Below are positions 1-13,569 of a DNA stretch of 64,000 nucleotides, piece after piece (positions within the stretch are counted from its first letter, which is position 1; every line of letters starts with the position of its first letter). The translations under genes were made by a program, and so were the position numbers. The notes below the pieces were generated by a model that saw only the letters and a program-made list of their open reading frames with translations, did not search any database and was not told the DNA's origin. The DNA is taken from positions 6,636,001 through 6,700,000 of the forward strand of contig CM052832.1 of assembly GCA_028534125.1 (NCBI GenBank). The letters are read 5' to 3'. This stretch comes from Lama glama (lineage: Eukaryota).

Positions 1-1249
1 CTTTCCAAAGATGACCCCGGCTGCTTCACGAGTGCTACTAGGGGGTGGGGCTTCCTCTGTGGGAGTTGAGGGTGGGTGGGTGGGGATCTGGTAGATTTAA
101 CCTGCTTGAGTGTCAGTGGGAGAGTTGACTTGAGTGAATTAGCTTCTTTCCTGGTGAGTGTGTTACCAGGGGCCTGGCATATGAATGAGTGTGAATTAAA
201 CTACATAGAATGAGAAGTGAGAACTGGTTCAGTTCGCCTTTCAAATCCTGAAAACTTAAGAGCAAGCATGCATGCTTATTTGCACCTGCTTTTGTTGGTT
301 TTGACTGGTTCTGCTTCCACTGCTGGCAGGGAATTTCAGGCAAGCTTCAGACAGGTGTGTCTTTTTCACCTTCCACGAAGTGAGATACACTGCAGAGTAA
401 GCTATTTTGAATAAATCCCTAGAAAAATTAATTGGAATCTTCTTAAAATTCACTTAAGCGGTCATTATTCTAGAATTTTAATTTGATGACTCATCAAATT
501 AGTCTTTCCCCCAAAAGCCTCTGCATTTACCAGTAGGCTACCAACAACTGTGTTGATCATACTGACCAATTTATTGAGGTAAAAGGCCAATTTGAATTAT
601 TTTCCCCCAGAAAGTTATCTGAAAGATAGGCTCAATTAATATAATTTATTTTTTACTTTGACTTCTGTAGCTGTTAAAGATAAAGTAATGGCATTTGGCC
701 AGAACAAATCAAAGGCCAGTTTATACTGTTCTTTTGAGATGTAATCATTTGTCCAGAAAGAAATTATTTGATTACAGGTATCATCATATGAATTTTGAAA
801 TAGAGGATGGTAAATTCAGATAAATTAGTGGTAGTTCAAACAAAATTTTATCTGTTCAACAGCAAAGTCTCAGCCTTGACAAGCGAAAGCAAGGTACTCA
901 TTCATGAATATGTTAATTTTTTCCTGCTGTGGCCATTAATGATATTCATTTGATCTTTTATGATGTACAACCAACCATTCATGAAAAGGTTAAATCTTGG
1001 TCAGGGAGGATGTTCAGCACCTGACGTATCATAAATGTGTTTATTCGGTTTCCTTTATTTTCTTATTTTTCTATCTCGTGGTGATTTCTGTTCCACACAC
1101 AGCTGTTGTTTACCATTAAACTTCAGCATTGACAAGGTGACATTTAGGTGAAGCTTTGGATTGAAATATTTGCTTGGTCAGATTTTCAAGGACTCCCTTC
1201 TGACCTTGTGTCCAAGTGCCACAGCTCACAGAGACTCCATGGAGATTCT

Positions 1250-1448
1250 CTTTTTTTAATTGAAGCCGAGTTGATTTACAATGTTGTGTTAGTTTCAGGT
1301 GTACAGCAAGGTGATTCAGTTATGCATACATATATGTATATATTCTTTTTCAGAATCTTTTCCTTTATAGGTTGTTACAAGATATTGAATATAGTTCACT
1401 ATACAGTAGGTCCTTGTTGTTCGTCTGTTTTATACATAGTAGTGTGTA
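1250..1448 (-). mobile_element. L1 3'-end fragment (5'-truncated) with target-site duplication
   Basis: T-tract followed by ttgaagccgagttgatttacaatgttgtgttagtttcaggtgtacagc, the reverse complement of an L1 3' terminus. TSD tccatgg(a/g)gattct at 1236-1249 and 1449-1462. Confidence 0.9.
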
Positions 1449-2829
1449 TCCATGGGGATTCTTGGCTAACACCCTGGACCTTGGTTTGGTTCTGAGATAT
1501 CACGGATGGGGAGAGGGGATTTCCTTGTCATTCTGGTTCACAACCACACTGAGAGTTCCGGTGTCATTCTGGAAGGTGGGGAAGGTTTGCGCAGCCCCCA
1601 GAGATGTGCAGACTGATTTGGGAAGGTTGTACCGGGTGGGCATGAGATAAATGATAAACCTGAACACCCACCTCGGCTTCCTTAGGTACCAGTTACTTTG
1701 ATTCAAGCCCATAACCACTTCTTGGAGGCTTTCCATTAAGCTGGAAACCGAGGACATCAGGACATTTAGGTTGGCCCTAGGGAGGCTCAGTTATGTGCTA
1801 GTGAAATCATTAATAGCTTACAAGGGACAGGGGACCGGCCGCGGTGGCCCTGTGGGAGAAGGCAGATACGTGGCTTTGCCTGCAGTGCTCTGCTCCTTCA
1901 GGCTCATTTTTATTAAACTGAATGGCTCCCCGGAGGCCACGGGGATCATCCCGGTCGAAAGGGCCCTGTATTATTCATGAAAGGCCTTTCAGGATCTCCA
2001 GGTGTGGGGCTCTCCACATATACTGGTTCCTAGTGAGTCTTCTAGTTTTATTCTTTCAAATTGCTTTTAAAATCTCACGTTTAACTCTACTTATCACAAA
2101 GGCTTTGTCTTGGGTGAGAAGGACCAAGCATAAACCAGGATTTCGGTCTGTCTTCTCACCTTTAATTTAACCTTTTCCTCTGAGATCAACCATTACACCT
2201 CACCGCCCACCTGGCTATTGTCTTACAATTCAAGCCAAGGTGTGATACCATGAGAAGGTTATTTTATCCGAACAAAATTAGAAATACTTTAATGGATATC
2301 CATGAAAACAAATCCTGGGGTGGTTCTTTTTTTTTTTTTCTTTTTATGGCAGTGTAAATTTCAAGGGCATATCTTACAGGAAAGAAAGTCCAAAGAGTAA
2401 TAAATGTTCGAGCCATTTACCTAACTGGTGTTTGGGGGCTGTTTTCAGTGTATCCAGGGAGACTGATGTGGTGGATTTTCTAACTCATCATGACAGCAGC
2501 CTTCCTGCTTTATCCCCCATCAGCCGTGAGCTCTCTTGAATTATTCCATTTCCAGAGGACTGATTCCAGATCATGGTAGCATCCTTGCTCTGAATCTGTT
2601 CAGGAACTTTGCGTTCAGGATCTGTCCCTACTCTTCTTGCCAGGCATTCTCATCTCAGTGATCCTTAGGCTTCGAAAAGCTAAAATAATACTTCTTCCTT
2701 CCAAAATAATGGAAAAACAAACATAAAGGTATAGTTGTTCTTCCTCCTGCAAAAGAGAGGAGCGATATTCAGACAGGAGACCAGAAACACTTAGCTGAAG
2801 GATCATTTTTTTAATATTAAAGAAAAAAA

Positions 2830-2922
2830 GGAGAGTGATGGGTATAGCTCAGTGGAAGAGCACATGCTTAGTATGCACAAGGTCCTGGGTTCGATCCCCA
2901 GTACCTCCATTAAAAAAAAAAG
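2830..2922 (+). mobile_element. Camelid tRNA-derived SINE (vic-1-like)
   Basis: A box tagctcagtgg, B box ggttcgatccc, then cagtacctcc and an A tail. Confidence 0.88.
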
Positions 2923-3844
2923 AACCTAGTAGTCATGCAGACTTAAGGACGTCTTGTAGAAATGGTTCATAGTTTAATTGGAAGAGAGATCATCTCTGAG
3001 ATAATGGTTTTCTTGGCCAGATGATTTTTATTCAGTATTAATTACCCCCTTTTTGATCAGGCCAGTCCTCTTAGTGATTTTCCAAAGCATCAATGAAATG
3101 ATGTCTCTTGTTGCTTTGGGGTTTTTTTTATTATTAAGATATTTGTATGCAGCCTTTACAGGATTCTAGTCTTTCCTGAAACACGCCAACCCTGTACTCT
3201 TTCCTCATCCTAGCATTGGTAATGGTTTTATTTTTAAGATAAAATGCTGATACCCATGACGAGCTTATTCTTTCTACATTGTAGTTTGTCAGTCCTGTCT
3301 GTCAATTATGTCAATGTAAATGCTGCCAAATATACACATTTCTTTTTCTAATTGCAAATTGACTTTTTATGGCTGCTTATTAGAGAACCCCAGGAGACCA
3401 ATAGTAATAATTGAGCCGTGACTGCTGGAGCCCAGATATTACTTCTTCAGCTTCCTATTCTAATAAATAATGAGCTGCCAAGGTGTTTATAAATAAATCA
3501 AACTTCCTTACAATACATACCAAACTAACAGGCAGTTGCATACAGTTTACAGATACAGGATGGTCTAGAAATGCTAGACATAATCACCAGAATAAGAACT
3601 GTTTTACTTTGTGTGTCAAAAAGCCTCTTCTCAGATTAGGATCTGGTGCCACATCTGTATTCTAGACCAAAGCCCCCGTGTGATTGGCGGCAGTGTCTGA
3701 GCTTCCCACAGGCAGACCTTTTAAAGGCTTCTGACCCAAACTCAAATTTTTTTGAAATGCTTTGGTTTTGGTACAAAAGTGCGTGCTTCCCTCTTTTTGC
3801 AGAGCTTGGACATACAGCAACCGAGCCGGAATCATTGTGGCTGT

Positions 3845-3995
3845 TTATTGAGCGCCTATTAAGCGGCAGGCACTGGGCTAAGTGCCTTCCACGTGTTATC
3901 ACGCACAGTCCTCCCAGCAGCCCTGGGAGGTAGGTTCCAGTTTTATCCCTCTTTTATCTAGGTCAGGGAAGTTGAGTAACTCACCTGAGGTCTTC
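3845..3995 (-). mobile_element. MIR SINE relic
   Basis: tttattgagcgcct...aggcactgggctaagtgc...gttgagtaactcacctgaggtc resembles the MIR core; boundaries approximate. Confidence 0.65.
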
Positions 3996-6304
3996 CAGGA
4001 CTCCCCAGTTGTCTCTTTACCTCTCCCCTCACCCCTCCTTGTCCAAGTGGGGTTCCTAGAGGCATTTGGAGGGAAGGGGCATGGGACTGCTGTATGGTCA
4101 TGTTTAAGTTCTGTGGGCTTCTTTTCAGTGATCATCTGAAATAATATTAGTGCATTCTGGATCAATCAGATGACCGTCTTATAAGGGATATTATTGCCAC
4201 ATCATTCTGGCACCTGAATTTGTGGTTTTTTTGTTTACACTCAAGTTGGTGCCAATACTCCTTCAGTGGCTGTGGGCTTATGGGAACGAACTGGTGGACA
4301 TATTGTGTAATTTGCCATAAGTGAAGGCCAAGTGATGGTCCAGTCGTGTTTAATTTTGCTGTGGATGAAGACCTGGGGGAGGAGGTGCGTTCTGCAAGGT
4401 GGGTGGAAGGAGCAGTCTGTACTCCAGACACCTGCCTTGCCGTTTTCTGTACCAGAGTCATGATGAGAGTGGAGGATTATGTTTAGCAAAACATCACCAT
4501 CTGAATATTAAGTCCATGTTGTTAGTTTAAATTGGATTGGTTTTTAAGTTTCATTTGTATTTGGTCAGACCACTTAGTTGCAGTTTGATGGTTTTAGGGG
4601 AGTTGAAACTATAAGCACTGAGCTTTATGTTTGCACGTTTTTAAGTATCATTATAATGAAAACCATTTAAGTCAAAATTGGGGGGACGCAGGGTGATTTT
4701 TTTTTTCCTAAAAAAAAATGGCCATACATTTTTCAAATCTGAGCAAACTGAATTCCTCTGCGCCGCCTGATGAAAAATTTCCCCTCAAGACATGCTTCTC
4801 CTCCCAGCTGGGGTCTGGTCTGCCCGAGTCTTTCTTCAAGGATGAGGCACTGACACTTCCTTTCAACCTGTCCGTGGTGTCTGGGAAGGTTCTGGCCTGA
4901 CCTTGGGAGAAACTCTGCATCACTGTGGTTCTCCTGAGACGGGCCCTGTCAATCAAGGTGCCCTTAGAGTCTTTGTCCCTCCTTGTCCTGACCCTGATGA
5001 CTGATGGTTATGTCTGCCCATCACCTATGGTTTATAATCGTTTTCTCATCACCACCTTGAAGATTTGTGAATCAGGCTGGGAAGTAGTATCAGACCCACG
5101 TGAGCAGAAAAGATAATGAGTACGTAATGGGATTTAAAAGGCTTCTGGTTTGAAAGATCGCTGGGTCTGTCCAAAAGGACTACATCAGTTACTCTTTTGG
5201 GTAAAGAAAAGGAAAGCCCTGTTACATGCAGACACTCAGAGAGGAAGTAACACATGACAGTGTTTTAGTATTGCTCCTGACAAATTCCTGGTAAGATTTT
5301 GGAGCATTGGAACAGAGGACAGTGAGTTTTGATGCAGAGAGAGGAGAGGATCATTTTATAACATGTGGGCGTGCAGTGCGGCTCATGGGCTAAGGTCTGG
5401 GAAGCAGGGAGGTAAAGGCTACCTAAGAGCAGTGCCACCCTCGGGTAGCCTTTAAAAGAGGGGGCTTTTTTTTTTCTGTGTCCAATTCCCTGTCCTCCTC
5501 TTATTGAAAATATTAATAAAGTTTCCCTATTTTAGTAAAATATGTACAAAAGTTCTAACACATCAAAGTGCCCAATTAGTGTTTGTTGTTATTTTTAACA
5601 CCATCACTGTTATTGTTCCCTGTCGACCTGAATGGTGCAGAGAGAACACTGCAGTGTGCGGAGGGAAGTCAGGGTGGCTGTGACTTCCCCACGAGAGATG
5701 GAGCCTTCCCGACTTCCTTTGACCTTGGCTTCCAGTTTACATCATTAAGGGGTGGGCGAAGTGGTCACCAATGTTCCTTCCTGCCAGCTCTTTCATCCTT
5801 TGTATATTCTAGTCTTTGCTACAGATACCCTTAGATGCTATATAGCATCTCATTCACTAATGAGAATGACCGCTGGTGGTTATTATTTTTTCATGCTCAT
5901 CTTTAAATGCAGGGCTCTTCCTAGGCAGGGGCTATGGAAATGCCTTCTCTCGTCATCTTTAAGGAGAGAGTTGTTCAGTAGCTTTTCAGGACAACATAGG
6001 AAGATCTTGAACCAAAAGCTTATGAAACATTTCTGTGTGCTTAAAGTCAGCCATTTTAATGTAAGAACTGTGGCCTTCCTTTCTCCAAGGTTATTTTTAA
6101 CTGTGCTGCTTTCTGAAAGGGTCCTTCCATCCCGAGGATGGCAAGATGGATGGATCCTGAATCCCAGCCAAGCCTTCAACTGACCTTGGGGAGAAAAGGA
6201 GAACACTGATTTTACAGGAATCATTAACTTTATTTTTATGTTTGGCCATGATTCTGAGTGTGTTATCTGACAAATCTCTTTTCATCTGGTAGATAATATC
6301 TGTA

Positions 6305-6503
6305 TTAATAAGTAACACTTATCTTAGCTCTTACTACGTGCAATGTGTTCTTTTAAGACTTTTACACGTAACATGCCATTTGTCCGGCACAGTAGTCTCA
6401 TCTACACTGGACAGCTGGGGAAACGGAGGCACAGAGTGGTTAAATGACTTGCCCAAGGTCACACAGCTGATAAACGGCACGGCTGGGATTCGAACCAAGG
6501 CAG
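6305..6503 (-). mobile_element. MIR SINE
   Basis: ggaaacggaggcacagagtggttaaatgacttgcccaaggtcacacagct...ctgggattcgaacc is the MIR core and head. Confidence 0.85.
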
Positions 6504-6562
6504 CAGTTATCTGGTGGGTTTTTTTTTTTCAACTTTAGGTATTTTTATTGTATCATGGTTTT

Positions 6563-6654
6563 CTCATTCTTCTTTTTTTGTTGTTCTTTTTTTTTTAAAT
6601 TGAAGTACGGTCAGTTACAGTGGGTAGTTTCTGGTGTACAGCACAACGTCCCAG
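6563..6654 (-). mobile_element. Very short L1 3' tail insertion with TSD
   Basis: T-rich tail plus ttgaagtac...agtttctggtgtacagca; TSD tcatggtttt at 6553-6562 and 6655-6664. Confidence 0.75.
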
Positions 6655-8083
6655 TCATGGTTTTAACAGTATTTGATACTAGCTTCTCTGTGCATCACAC
6701 AAAAATGTTACGGACTCAATTTCATCGTTTTTATGAATGGAGCCTTCAAGGGCTTATACCAATAATTTTATACTAAAAAAGGGTCAACTAATGCTCAGAC
6801 TTTTTGCCCTTGCTTTACTATTTTTGACTTGTTACGTCTGGTAAATAGACCATCAGAAACCCATAGAGCCCCTGTATCATTAAGTTCTGGAGCTGGAGAG
6901 GGGAACGGGGACGATTCTATGAGCATGGAGATGCTTCTGAGCATTTGCCGTAGCCAAGGCCACCTTTTGCCTTCTTCCTCTTTAATACTTTCGTGCTTCC
7001 AGTGGCACAGAGGCCTGCCATGACCACTCCATCAGTAATTACTGAGCGCATAATCTGGGCAAAGTAGGAAGCAAGAGCCTGAGGACCTTGCACCTCCGGG
7101 AGCCTCAGTCTGTGGGGGCTGGACCAGGCTCTGTGAGTCCCCAGTGTGTCCACTGTGGCCGAGCGCCTTGTTGGTGATGAGACCTCGGGCCTGGAATCCC
7201 TGCCCTCCCGCCCTTCCTCTGAATGCCTGCTGCCTCCTCACTGTCTGTTCTTCGGTTCTGCCTGCTCTCGGTGGTCTCCTGATTCCCTTCCAGCTGGAGC
7301 CCTTCCTACCCCAGCCCCAGCACTGCCTGCCCACCTTTTCTGACTCTCACCTCCCCGCTCCTTCCATCACCGGCCTGTGTGTCCCTGTGTGATCACAGTG
7401 CCCTTCCTCAGCCACCTGCTCAGAAGTGGATCTTTCTGTCCAACTCGGAATCAGTCATCTAAGAGGCATCTCTGTAGTTTGCACAGAGCAGATTCTCAAT
7501 ACATAATTTTAAGGAGGGCTATACAAACTTATATATAATGCTCAAATGTGAAAATATTATCTGTTTCGTCAATCCACCCCACTCTTTTTATGATGAGTTA
7601 TGTAAAGAGTGTCCTTTAGGAATGAAATTACAGAAGAAAATGGTTTAATCCTCATGGATCTTCAAAATAAGGGATTCAGACCTGAAATGGGAACCAGCCG
7701 TCTTTCATTATCCACCATAAAAATATTTCAGTGATTGATATGATAATTATCAGGTTAGAAAAATTCCAAGTCAGTTCTGGATAACAGCGGGTGGTTTCAT
7801 CTGTGAAAATACTTCTGAGGCAGTCAGCTGGCCGGGTGTCTCCTGGGCTGGCCCTGTCCCCGATGGACTTTATGTCCTCCTGTTACCAGCATTCAGAGCC
7901 TAGCTGTGGCCTGGCGGAGTTCAGCCCATTAGAATCCTGAGATTTAATCGGTGATTTAGAAATCAGAGTTTATTATTAAAAAGAATGAAGAGAAGAAAAA
8001 AAAAAAAACCTAGGCAGCCAGTTGGACAATTCAGTTCACTAGACATTTATTGAGTGCCCGTATGCTGGGTATTGAGACAGAGG

Positions 8084-8084
<1 letters not shown>

Positions 8085-8117
<33 letters not shown>
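8085..8117. repeat. (TG)n microsatellite
   Basis: About 16 perfect TG units. Confidence 0.95.
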
Positions 8118-8119
<2 letters not shown>

Positions 8120-8141
8120 GTGTAATATAATCCTTGCTATT

Positions 8142-8416
8142 CTCACAGACATAGAAAACAAATTATGGTTACCATAGGGGTAAAGCGGGGCAGGGATAAA
8201 TTAGGAGTTTGGGATCAACAAATATACACGACTGTGTATAAAACAGATAAACAACAGGGTCCTACTGTAGAGCACAGGGAACTATATTCAATATATTGTA
8301 ATAACCTATAATGGAAAAGAATCTGGAACAGTATATATATTTATAAAACTGAATCACAATCTGTGCACCTGAAACTAACACAACATTGGAAATCAACTAT
8401 ACTTCAGTTAAAAAAA
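8142..8416 (+). mobile_element. L1 3' UTR fragment
   Basis: ctcacagacatagaaaacaaattatggttacc...agcacagggaactatattcaata...cctgaaactaacacaacattg...atcaactatacttca followed by an A tail. Confidence 0.9.
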
Positions 8417-10019
8417 CCCCAAGCAAAACCCTGCTGTTGAGGAGCTCTAAAGTGGGGTCATGATCGATTATCATGGACAATCAAACGTTCTACCTAAGAC
8501 ATCGTATAGGGTGAAAGAAAAAAGAGGCGAGCACGGATATGTTTTATAAATTTGCAGATGAACAGAACACGTAAGTGTATCTATACATTTTAAGGAGGAT
8601 TTATAGAAACAGACATACAGATAACTAATCAAACTGTCCTTGAACATGACTCCGAAGAATTCGGGGTGGTGGAGTCTGGGAAACTACATCAGTCATTTAA
8701 GCAAAACAGCGAGGCCATCTGGAAATCGGGAGAGTTGAGGCTGCAGCTTGGCTCGCTCAGGCGGCTCTGGGGCAGCCCTGTGAGGCTTTCCTTCTCTCCG
8801 GCTCCCGCGAGCCACCCCGAGTAGCTCTGCTCCGGGGGTCGGTCCCATCTCTCACTACTTCAGAAGAAGCCCAGTGCTCCTGTGCCCTCCTTCTTGGGTG
8901 GACTGGTTTGCCCCATTTGGATCAGTCCTGTGTTCTTTCTTCCTTCCAGGAGAATTGGGTGTCATGGAGTGGGCTGGGACCAAGCTTGATTTTTGATTTC
9001 CCCATTCCTTCTAGAAGTTGCAGTGAGTCTCCACTAGGTACCAGGTACTATGCTGGGCCCTGGACATACAAATGTGATCAAGATAGATACGGCCCAGCGT
9101 TTGCAGAGTTAATGGGGAAGAAGGCATTTACACAATTACCGTACAGAGAGACAAGGACTATGATGGAGAAATAAAGCTTGATGGGGAGCTTATCTCGGAG
9201 TTAAAAAATTTCAATCACCGATTTGTTGCCTGGCTGAGCAGTGGGAAGTGAGGTGGGAAGGGTCCCAGAGAGATGTGACAAGGATGAAACTGACATGGGA
9301 GGTGCAAAGGTACCATCACTGTTCTTGATTGGACTTGGTGGGTCTTGGTTGGACACATACCATCTATCTAGCTGTACGTTACAGAACATTGCTGTTAAAG
9401 GAAGTCCTGATACATCCATCTTTGAAATTTATATTTGTGCTTTTATGTAAGGAGGCAATCTGCCGCTTTTAAAATGTAGGCTTCTATTGAGTTATTTGGA
9501 ATTTGGAAGGTATTTTCTCAGGAAACATTGTAAATTATGGCCGGGTTCCCAGGCTAACCGAAAAGGCTATTATATGCATGATGTACTTGAGATAAAGCAC
9601 TGGATTTCTGGTTTGAGAGATCTTAGAAATTGTTTATGCTACTGTAGGAAAATGTTCAGAGTTCCAGGTTGGAAAGTAAGTAAGAGAGCTCTGCCATCCG
9701 TAGCCTTCATGGGGAGGGTAAGGTTTTCTTCTCTCTATCCGCCTCCGTCCTGAACAATGAAGAACTCCTCCAGGTCCAGGTGCCTGGGATGTCGGATGGG
9801 GGCTCTCGTGGAGGAAGGGGCTAGTAGAGGGTAAAAAGTGAGTGTACATGGTTGTTGATTGTGGGTGAAGGTTCCCAGTACTGTTTAAAGTGCTTTCCAT
9901 GTATGATCTCATTGAATCCTTACAACACGCCCATGAGATGCTACCTTGGCTATTCCTCTGGAATGCTGGTATGGTCCTGGGCTCAGACCTTGGACGTCTT
10001 CTCTCACTAAACACCCACC

Positions 10020-10575
10020 TCCAGTCCCACGACTTTAAGTGTCGTTTGTGACGTCCTCCCTCCTCTGAACTCTGGACCCATAGCACCACCTGCTCATCAC
10101 TTAGGATGAATCGTAGGAATCTTCAACTGAACGTGTCCTAAACTGAACTTTTGATTTTCTCTCTCCAGACCTGCCCTTCCCATAGTCTTCTCCAAAATGA
10201 CAACTTCCAGCTTCTAGGTACTCAGGCCAGAACCTTACAGTTCAAGGTATTATCCTTGAAATCGTCCCCTCCTCTGTATCCGGTCCGTCAGCAGAGGCTA
10301 CTAGTACATTAAAAATACCCAGAATCCGGTTGCCTCTCACTGTTCCAGCTGCCCCCTCTCTGGTCTCTGTCACCATCATCTCCTGCCCAGATTACTGCCA
10401 GTAGCTTCCTAGTTGGTCCCCTCCGTCTGTCCTTGGTCTCTTCCTCAAAATAACAGCCAGAGAAAATTATTTTAAAACCGAAGTCAGTTGGTGAAACTCC
10501 TCCATTCAGAATCCACCAGTGGCTTTACCATCTCAGAGTAGAAAGGGAAGGCTTCTCTGTAGCCTGCAAGGCGCC
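10020..10575 (+). mobile_element. L2 LINE relic
   Basis: L2-like segments (caactgaacgtgtcctaaactgaac; ccagaatccggttgcctctcac; tcagaatccaccagtggctt); boundaries approximate. Confidence 0.7.
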
Positions 10576-10939
10576 CTGTGTGCCCGCCTCCTGCTTTCCC
10601 TCTGAACTCATTTCTTACCCCTCCTTCCCACGTACTTCCTTCAGCCAGTGTCGGGCTCTTCTCCTGCCGGTCTCTACGTGGTAAGTCCTTTCTGCGCTGC
10701 CCCCCCGAATATCTCCATCACTCAGCCTTTCCTTCTTTTTTTGAAAATCATAGACACATTCCTGACATTGCTATATAAAATAACAAATGCCCTGTACTGC
10801 ATTCACACTACACAGATTTTAATAGACTGGTAGGTACTCTGAAGGATGTCTGTACCAACAGGTGCACAGGGGTGGCAACCCCGGGAGGGAGGGAGCAAAG
10901 CCTGAGCTGTGTGTGTTGCAAACAAACGTCTCCCTTCCC

Positions 10940-10971
10940 GCGTCGAAGCCCAGGGCGTCGAAGCCCAGGGC
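10940..10971. repeat. 15-bp perfect tandem duplication
   Basis: (gcgtcgaagcccagg)x2 followed by gc. Confidence 0.9.
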
Positions 10972-11141
10972 AGACCGTGTTGATGTGATCAATTAGACTT
11001 GCCTCCTTTTCTCCTTGTATTATGCACTTCCCTGGTCCCTTTTAAATACCCACACACCTATTACATTCTCTAATGTTTCACATTTAGTATTTGAGGTACC
11101 TGTACATTATAAGGGACAGGACCATTAAGATTCTGTTTGGA

Positions 11142-11308
11142 GGGGGAGGGTGTAGCTCAAGTGGTAGAGCGCCTGCTTAGCATGCATGAGATCCTGGGTT
11201 CAATCCCCAGTACCTCCTCCAAAAATAAATAAACCTGATTACCTCCCCTACCCCCATCAAAAGAAAATAATATAATGAATAAAATATTAAAAAAAGAAAC
11301 CTTAAAAA
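11142..11308 (+). mobile_element. Camelid vic-1-like SINE, long-tailed, with perfect 15-bp TSD
   Basis: gggggagggtgtagctcaagtggtagagcgcctgcttagcatgcatgagatcctgggttcaatccccagtacctcc. TSD aagattctgtttgga at 11127-11141 and 11309-11323, with an L1-endonuclease-like TT|AAGA site. Confidence 0.95.
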
Positions 11309-12855
11309 AAGATTCTGTTTGGAAGCAGGAAAAAGAAATTAAGAAATGGAGAAAATGCAGAAGATGAGATAATAAGTGAGCTGGTGGAGGGAAGGAAAAA
11401 AGAGAATCGTCTAGATTTACGTAACAAGTATTTTCGAGCATCTGCTATGAGACAGACACCGTCATCTGAAAGGTGGAACCATGAGCGAGCTATATCCAGA
11501 CCAATAGCAATAGTCTCTTGAAAAGACAAGCTCGCCTGAAATACTGTTTCTCCTCCTTCGTACTGCCCGGTGCTTGGTCCTGGATCAGGCTTTAGGAATT
11601 CAGGGGTGAACACTGGCCTTTGACCTCTTAACAGGGAGCTTCCATTGTGTGGGCTGATTTTCCAGTTAAGCGTGTGGAATGGTGCTGGGATCAGTTAGAG
11701 GAGCGGGAAGGTGAAGGGACCCTTGTTTTCTCCTCTGGTGTAAAGAGCTTCCAGCGTTGTGTTGGAAGGACGCCGGGCAGGCCCCTCACACTGTTCCAGC
11801 TGTACCTGTCAGGAGCCCGCAGGCCGCGGTGGCGAAGCCGCCACCCTGGTTATCATGGCGTCCACTGTGATGGTTTCAGTTCATTAAAGTTCCAGGTGTT
11901 TCCATCTGCTCTTCTGGTCGAGTAGAAGGCTGGTACACGTACATCCTCCTCCCACTTCATTTCAAGCGTGGCCTTTGGAGTAAGGCAGCGTGAAGGCCAG
12001 GAAAGGTCATCACCAGTCCTTAAAACGTATCTTAGCGATTAAACTCACTTGGCTGCTCCTAATTGTTTCCCCGCTGGCTCAGGCTCTCCCCCTCAGCCCT
12101 TTATGCGTCTTCCCCAGAAACCTTCGTCCCAGCACAGGCTCTCTGCTCATGAGCCTGGCCCCTGATCAGTTGTTGGACGGGCGAGAGGTGAAGTGAGTTG
12201 ACCCGTAAGAGCAACTGGTCCCAGTTGCAGCAGACCAGGAAGGACCTCAGTAAAGGTTTCAACTTGTTTCTTTTGAAGCTAGAATCTGGGTCAGCTCTTT
12301 CTTGTAAACAACCTGTGGCACCAGACATAAGGAACTAATTACAGATCATCCTGAATTGTGACTTTCTGACAACCGGCCTGCTTGGGCCTTGATCAGATGG
12401 GTTGCAGACAGGCAGCTCCTTCTAGAGAGGAGGAGGTATGCTCTGGTTTGCAGTGCACAAGCCCCGTCAGCGTTTGCTCCTTCAGGAACCTAACAGATAA
12501 CTGTGACTGTCAGCTTGAAAGAGGGAAGGAGAGAGGGAAAAGGAAGGAGGGAGGGAGGGAAGGAGAGAGGGAGAAAGAGAAAAAAGATCTTTAACCAAAG
12601 GATTTAAAAAGAAGGAAAGGATTTAAGTGACCTGAAGCTGACAGGGCAGTGACTTGCTTTCAGGTCAAGAGTGAACTGGTGAGTGGCGCCAGCAATGATC
12701 GCTACAGGAGGGCAGGAACATGCGTCCTTCTGGATTTAACAAGCAGGAGACGCTGGAGGTCTGAGACTCAGGAAGTCACTCAGTTGAGAAAGTGATGGTT
12801 AAAGATGAGCAAGGCTCTGTGACATTATGGGAGAAAGAGAGGAACAGAGACACAC

Positions 12856-12878
12856 AGAGAGAGAGAGAGAGAGAGAGA
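12856..12878. repeat. (AG)n microsatellite
   Basis: About 11 AG units. Confidence 0.85.
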
Positions 12879-13569
12879 AGGAGTGAGAGAGGATCACAGT
12901 GGCACTGGGAGAGGCTAGTGATGTCACACTGCATTTGTCTTGCCAGTGCCGTGGACTAGGAGCCAAGCTGGGCACAGGCCGTTACAGGGAGAAGCAAGAA
13001 TGCTCCCTGTAGGGGAGGAGATGTAAAAACGTCAATGAATGGGTTTGCTTTGCCAAGTGTTGTCAAGAACAACACACATGCAGACAGGAGACAGAGAAGA
13101 GACGCTGGGCGGCCCTCCCAGAGTGGAGGGTGCTTTGCTGGTGTTGGGGGAGCAGTGGTGGGGGGAGGACCTTCCTGAGAAGGACCCCGGAACCTCTGGT
13201 AAAACACTGATGGCATTTTTATCCAAGTCAGAAAATGGTTCTGAAAGGAAAGCGAATCGCAAGTAAAACTTAGGTCTCCAGCAGGGAACATGTATTCGAA
13301 AGCCAAGTTCACGGGCTGAGAAACTGAAGGACAAGTTTTTATTCGTGGTCCCGAAGTTACGTCAAACCCTGGACCTAACACAAAATATACCTGTCTTGGA
13401 AAGTAAACGGTTATCTGAGAACAGATAAAGAGATAAAGGTGCGATGACTGTGAGATTAACAAGTGCCAGCCAGTGGTCAGCAAGTGCTGCCATCTCCTGA
13501 GTGATCACAGCTGCGGGACTGTGGACGGATTTACCCGTGCCCAGGCCGATCGCTTGTGGGCCTCTCCAT

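Noticed and set aside
41..86. G-rich tract with G-quadruplex potential
   Set aside because: A common intronic motif with no further supporting context.
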